In this document: piece after piece, positions 60,480-64,000 of the stretch | Numbering within the stretch: position 1 is the first letter of the stretch | How the letters are laid out: the number at the start of each line of letters is the position of its first letter | Assembly: GCA_963762145.1 (NCBI GenBank) | Contig: CAVXJS010000014.1 | Location: 224,001-288,000, forward strand | Source: an uncultured Candidatus Rokubacteria bacterium | Lineage (GTDB): Bacteria; Methylomirabilota; Methylomirabilia; Rokubacteriales; CSP1-6 | Reading direction: 5' to 3' | Length of the DNA stretch: 64,000 bases | Translations under genes and position numbers: made by a program | Notes under the pieces: model-generated | Databases searched by the model: none | What the model saw: the letters and a program-made list of their open reading frames with translations, nothing else | Told to the model about the DNA's origin: nothing

Positions 60480-61427
60480 TCAGCATGGGGGCACCACTCG
60501 ATCTGATTCGAGCCGTGGCGCATACGCGCGTCGTTCACCCTCGGGCCGGCGAAAGAAACCCGACAGCCCGGCGGGCAGCATCAGCACCACCGCGATCAGC
60601 ACCAGCCCCAGGCTCAGCATGTAGGCGTAGCGGAACTGCAGCAGCAGCGTCTCGGACAGGAGGCCCGAGGAAGACCGCGCCCAGCACCGGGCCGACGACG
60701 GTGGTCGGCGCCGCCGAGCAGGGCCATGATCACGGTCTGGAACGAGACGAGCGGATTGAAGACCTGGGGATCGAGATAGGTCCAGCGCGGGGCCATCGCC
60801 CCCCCGACCGCGCCCATGACCGCGGCGCTCAGGGCGAAGACGGTGATCTTGATCCGCGTGGTGTCGATGCCGAGGGTCTCCGCGCGCTCCTCGTCGGCGC
60901 CGATGCCCACGAGCGCGATGCCCCAGCGGCCGCGCGGCAGCCATACCGCGATCCCCACCGCGATCGCGGCCACGCCGAGCACCGTGTAGTAGAGGGTCAC
61001 CGCGCCGGGCGGGTTCAGCATCAGGCGGCCGACGGTGCCGGTGACGCCGGTCTCGTACCAGATCAGCGTGTGCTTGGCCAGCTCGGCCAGACCGAAGGTG
61101 AAGATCGCGAAGTAGGGCCCGCGCAGCCGCAGCGCGAGGGTGCCCACCAGCAGCGCCATGACGGCGGCCACCGCGGCGGCGGCCACGACCGGCAGCGGCC
61201 ACGGCAGGCGCGCCATCACCACCGCGGTGGTGTAGGCGCCGGCGCCGAAGAAGGCCCCGGTGGCGAGCGAGAGATAGCGCGTGGGGCCCGAGAAGAAGGC
61301 CCACGAGACCGCGAGGGCCACGTCGGCCAGGAGGGCCAGCGCGAGCGAGCGGTAGTACGTGGGCAGCAGGAGCGGCGCGAGCGAGGAGCGCCGCGCCGAG
61401 GGCGGCGCCGGCGACCCTAGCGGCCAA
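60480..61427 (-). CDS. livM: Branched-chain amino acid-type ABC permease (frameshifted)
   Basis: LSLATGAFFGAG, LRLRGPYFAI, DEERAETLG, MALLGG; broken near 61380 and 60700. Confidence 0.72.
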   Translation of the reverse strand: MAARVAGAALGAALLARAAPAAHVLPLARAGPPGRRGPRGLVGLLLGPHALSLARHRGLLRRRRLHHRGGDGAPAVAAAGRGRRRGGRRHGAAGGHPRAAAARALLRDLHLRSGRAGQAHADLVRDRRHRHRRPPDAEPARRGDPLLHGARRGRDRGGDRGMAAARPLGHRARGHRRRRGARGDPRHRHHADQDHRLRPERRGHGRGRGGDGPALDLSRSPGLQSARLVPDRDHGPARRRRPPSSARCWARSSSGLLSETLLLQFRYAYMLSLGLVLIAVVLMLPAGLSGFFRRPEGERRAYAPRLESDRVVPPC

Positions 61428-62296
61428 AGAGGCCCGAGGGCTTGAGGACCAGGATCAGCGAGAGCACCGCGTAGGACGAGATCAGCCGGATGTCGACGGA
61501 GGCGAGGTAGACCCCGGCGGTCTCGACCAGGCCCAGCAGCAGCCCGGCCATGAGGCAGCCCAGCATGTTGCCGAGGCCGCCCAGGATGACGACCACCAGG
61601 GCGGTCACCGTGTAGGGCAGGCCCATGAAGGGCGTCAGCTCGAACAGCATGCTGACGAGCGAGCCGGTCACCGCCGACATCGCGATCCCCGCGCCGAAGC
61701 AGAGGCCGTGAATGCGCGAGGTCTGGATGCCCATGAGCCGCGCGCCCTCCGGCTCCTGCATCAGGGCGCGCACCGCCTTGCCGGTCAGGCTGTAGCGGAG
61801 ATAGAGGTAGAAGGCCACGCCCAGGGCGAGCGCGATCGCGGCCGCGAGCACCCGGTTGGCGGGGAAGACGGTGCCGAGCCACCGCAGGGGAATCGCAAGG
61901 TAGCTGTAACCACGGAGATCGGCACTCCATATCGAGGAGCGCCGCGTTCTGGAGCACGAACATGAGCCCGAACGACAGCAGGAGCGAGCGGGACTCGAGG
62001 CTCTCCGCCGCGCGCCGCGCCAGCAGCGGGGCGTAGAGCAGCCGGTGCAGCACGAGCCCGACGGCGAAGGCCGTCGGGCCCGTGATCAGCAGGGTCAGCA
62101 GCGGGTTGACGCCCCAGCCGGTGTGGAGCGAGAACGTGACGTAGGCGCCCAGCATCAGGAACTCGCCGTGCGCCACGTTGAGCACCCGCATGAGGCCGTA
62201 CTGGAGATTGAGGCCGAGGGCGACGAGGGCGTAGATGCCGCCCGTGGTGAAGCCCCCGACCACGACGTCCAGCAGCAGGGTGGGCGAGAGCGTCAC
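61417..62296 (-). CDS. livH: Branched-chain amino acid-type ABC permease (frameshifted near 61880-61935)
   Basis: GLNLQYGLMRVLNVAHGE; VVILGGLG; KPSGLFG. Confidence 0.75.
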
Positions 62297-63505
62297 GCCC
62301 AGGCCGGCTTCGGCACCACCGCGGGCCCGGTGGCCGAGCCCTTGGGCCACACGAGCTCGAACTCGTTCTTCTGCCACTGCCCCACGATGCCCGGCGTGGC
62401 CACGTTCTCTCCCTTCGTGAACTTGATGGGCCCGGCCACCGTCTGGAACTCGGTGGCGTCGAGCATGGCCTTGATCTTCGGCCGGTCCAGGCCGACCTCG
62501 CCCACACAGCGCTCCAGGATCTGCAGCGACGCGTACGCGAACGCGCTCGCCCAGCGATCCGGCTCCTTCTGATGCTTCTTCACGTGGGCGTCGAAGTACT
62601 CCTTGGCCCCCGGGAACTTGACCTTCGCGTTCCAGCCCGCGATGCCCATCACGCCCTCCGCGCCCTTGAACCGGTCGCGGTAGAACGGGAACGCGGTGCC
62701 CACCCCGGTGAAGAAGACGGCCGGGTTCCAGTCCACCTCCTTGGCCTGGGAGGTGGCGAGGATATTGTCCGGCGGATAGGTCAGCCCGACGAACGCGTCG
62801 GCGCCCGCGTCCTTGAAGCCCTTGAGGACCGGCGAGAGATCCTTGGCGCCCAGCGGGTAGCTCTTGGTGTCCATGACCTCGAGGCCCGGCTGCCTTGAAC
62901 GCGGGGCCGGTGGCGGCGTTCAGCTCGATGCCGAAGAGATCGTTGACGTAGGCCACGCGCGACCTTCTTGATCTTGCCCTGCGCCTTGCAGGTCCTTCAG
63001 CAGCGCCGGCGACCGCCTGCATCTGGCGGCCGGGCTGGACGAGGATCGTGTAGAAGTAGGGCAGGGCCAGCTCCTTGAACTTCCCGGAGATCGCGGTGGG
63101 GCCGATCATCGGGTAGCCGTACTTGGTCGCCAGCGGGGCGATCGCGAAGTTCATCGCCGAGCCCCACGGCGGCAGCAGCAGGTCCACCTTGTCGTCGGTG
63201 GCCAGCTTCTCGTAGAAGCGCACCGCGGTCTCGATCTCGCTGCGGTCGTCGATGGAGACGAACTCGACCGTCCGGCGCCCCTCGCCCTTCACCGCGAGAC
63301 CGCCCTTGGCGTTGACCTGCTCCTGCCACAGCGTGTAGTTCGGGGCCTGGGTGATGCCGGCGCCCACCGCGTAGGGGCCGGTGCGCCGACAGGGTGTAGC
63401 CGATCCGGACCGGCTTGGCCTGGGCGCGGGCGCGCCGTGCGCCAGGGGGGGCCGTGGCGCCGCCCGCGGCGCCGTCGTGAGGAAATCCCGTCTGCGCATG
63501 CTCAT
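62293..63505 (-). CDS. Branched-chain amino acid-type ABC substrate-binding protein, Tat-exported (several frameshifts)
   Basis: MRRRDFL; VRIGYTLS; DDRSE; DKVDLLLPPWGS; GQWQKNEFELVWP. Confidence 0.72.
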
Positions 63506-64000
63506 GCGTGCCTCCTTGCCTGCTGGGGAGTTGGTGGTGGCGCCGAGATACGCCTCGAGAACGCGGGGATCCGCGCGACCGCCGCGGGCGATGCCCTCCG
63601 CAGATGACCTCGCCGTGGTGCAGCACGATGAGCCGCTCCGCCGTCTGCCATGATGGCGTGCATCACGTGCTCGGTCCAGAACAGGGCCACGCCGCGTCGT
63701 CGCGGATCTGCCGGAGCACGCCGACCGCCGCGTTGCCCTCGGTCGGGGTGAGGCCGGCCAGGAGCTCGTCGAGCAAGACGATGCGCGGCCGGAGCGCCAG
63801 CGCCATCGCCAGCTCGAGCAGCTTCCGCCTGCGGTCGGCAGGCGGCTCGCCGGCACGTCGCGCCGGCATCCCGACCAGCGCCAGCAGCTCCTCGGGCGGC
63901 GCCGCCGCGCGCTCGCCGAAGCTCGCGGCCGCGCGCACGTTGTCGAGGGCGGCCAGCTCGAGGAACGGGCGCGGCGTCTGAAACGTGCGGCCGAGGCCGA
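63502..64000 (-). CDS. livG: Branched-chain amino acid-type ABC ATPase, partial and frameshifted
   Basis: GRTFQTPRPF, LELAMAL, LLDELLAGL, TEHVM, VLEAYLG; 5' end lies beyond the window. Confidence 0.7.
   Translation of the reverse strand, partial: RPRPHVSDAAPVPRAGRPRQRARGRELRRARGGAARGAAGAGRDAGATCRRAACRPQAEAARAGDGAGAPAAHRLARRAPGRPHPDRGQRGGRRAPADPRRRGVALFWTEHVMHAIMADGGAAHRAAPRRGHLRRASPAAVARIPAFSRRISAPPPTPQQARRHA

Noticed and set aside
60614-63856. 1080-aa ORF joining ATPase, binding protein and permease segments
   Set aside because: A mosaic of four frameshifted liv genes, not a real fusion.

Overview
GC-rich (about 70%) bacterial chromosomal DNA with roughly 60 protein-coding genes. No rRNA, tRNA, CRISPR array, transposase or phage gene was recognised. 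Content is dominated by solute uptake (five Liv-type ABC sets, one peptide-type ABC, TctABC, three orphan ABC_sub_bind proteins) and redox or catabolic enzymes (five luciferase-like oxidoreductases, two atypical acyl-CoA dehydrogenases, a MetE-C-terminal-like protein, amidohydrolase, cyclase, cupins). This profile resembles Ca. Rokubacteria/Methylomirabilota (inference only). More than a dozen genes carry 1-nt frameshifts, probably read or assembly errors. The most unusual locus is 1-4788, a tightly coupled set of exported proteins: a large Ig/PKD protein with a distinct C-terminal domain, two diverged paralogous carboxypeptidase-regulatory-like proteins, and a secreted Zn-phospholipase C/P1-nuclease-like enzyme whose signal peptide is hidden by a frameshift. 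It is a candidate undescribed secreted effector/partner (possibly toxin-immunity) system. Several small palindromic or tandem repeat families and two sigma54-type promoters are also visible.
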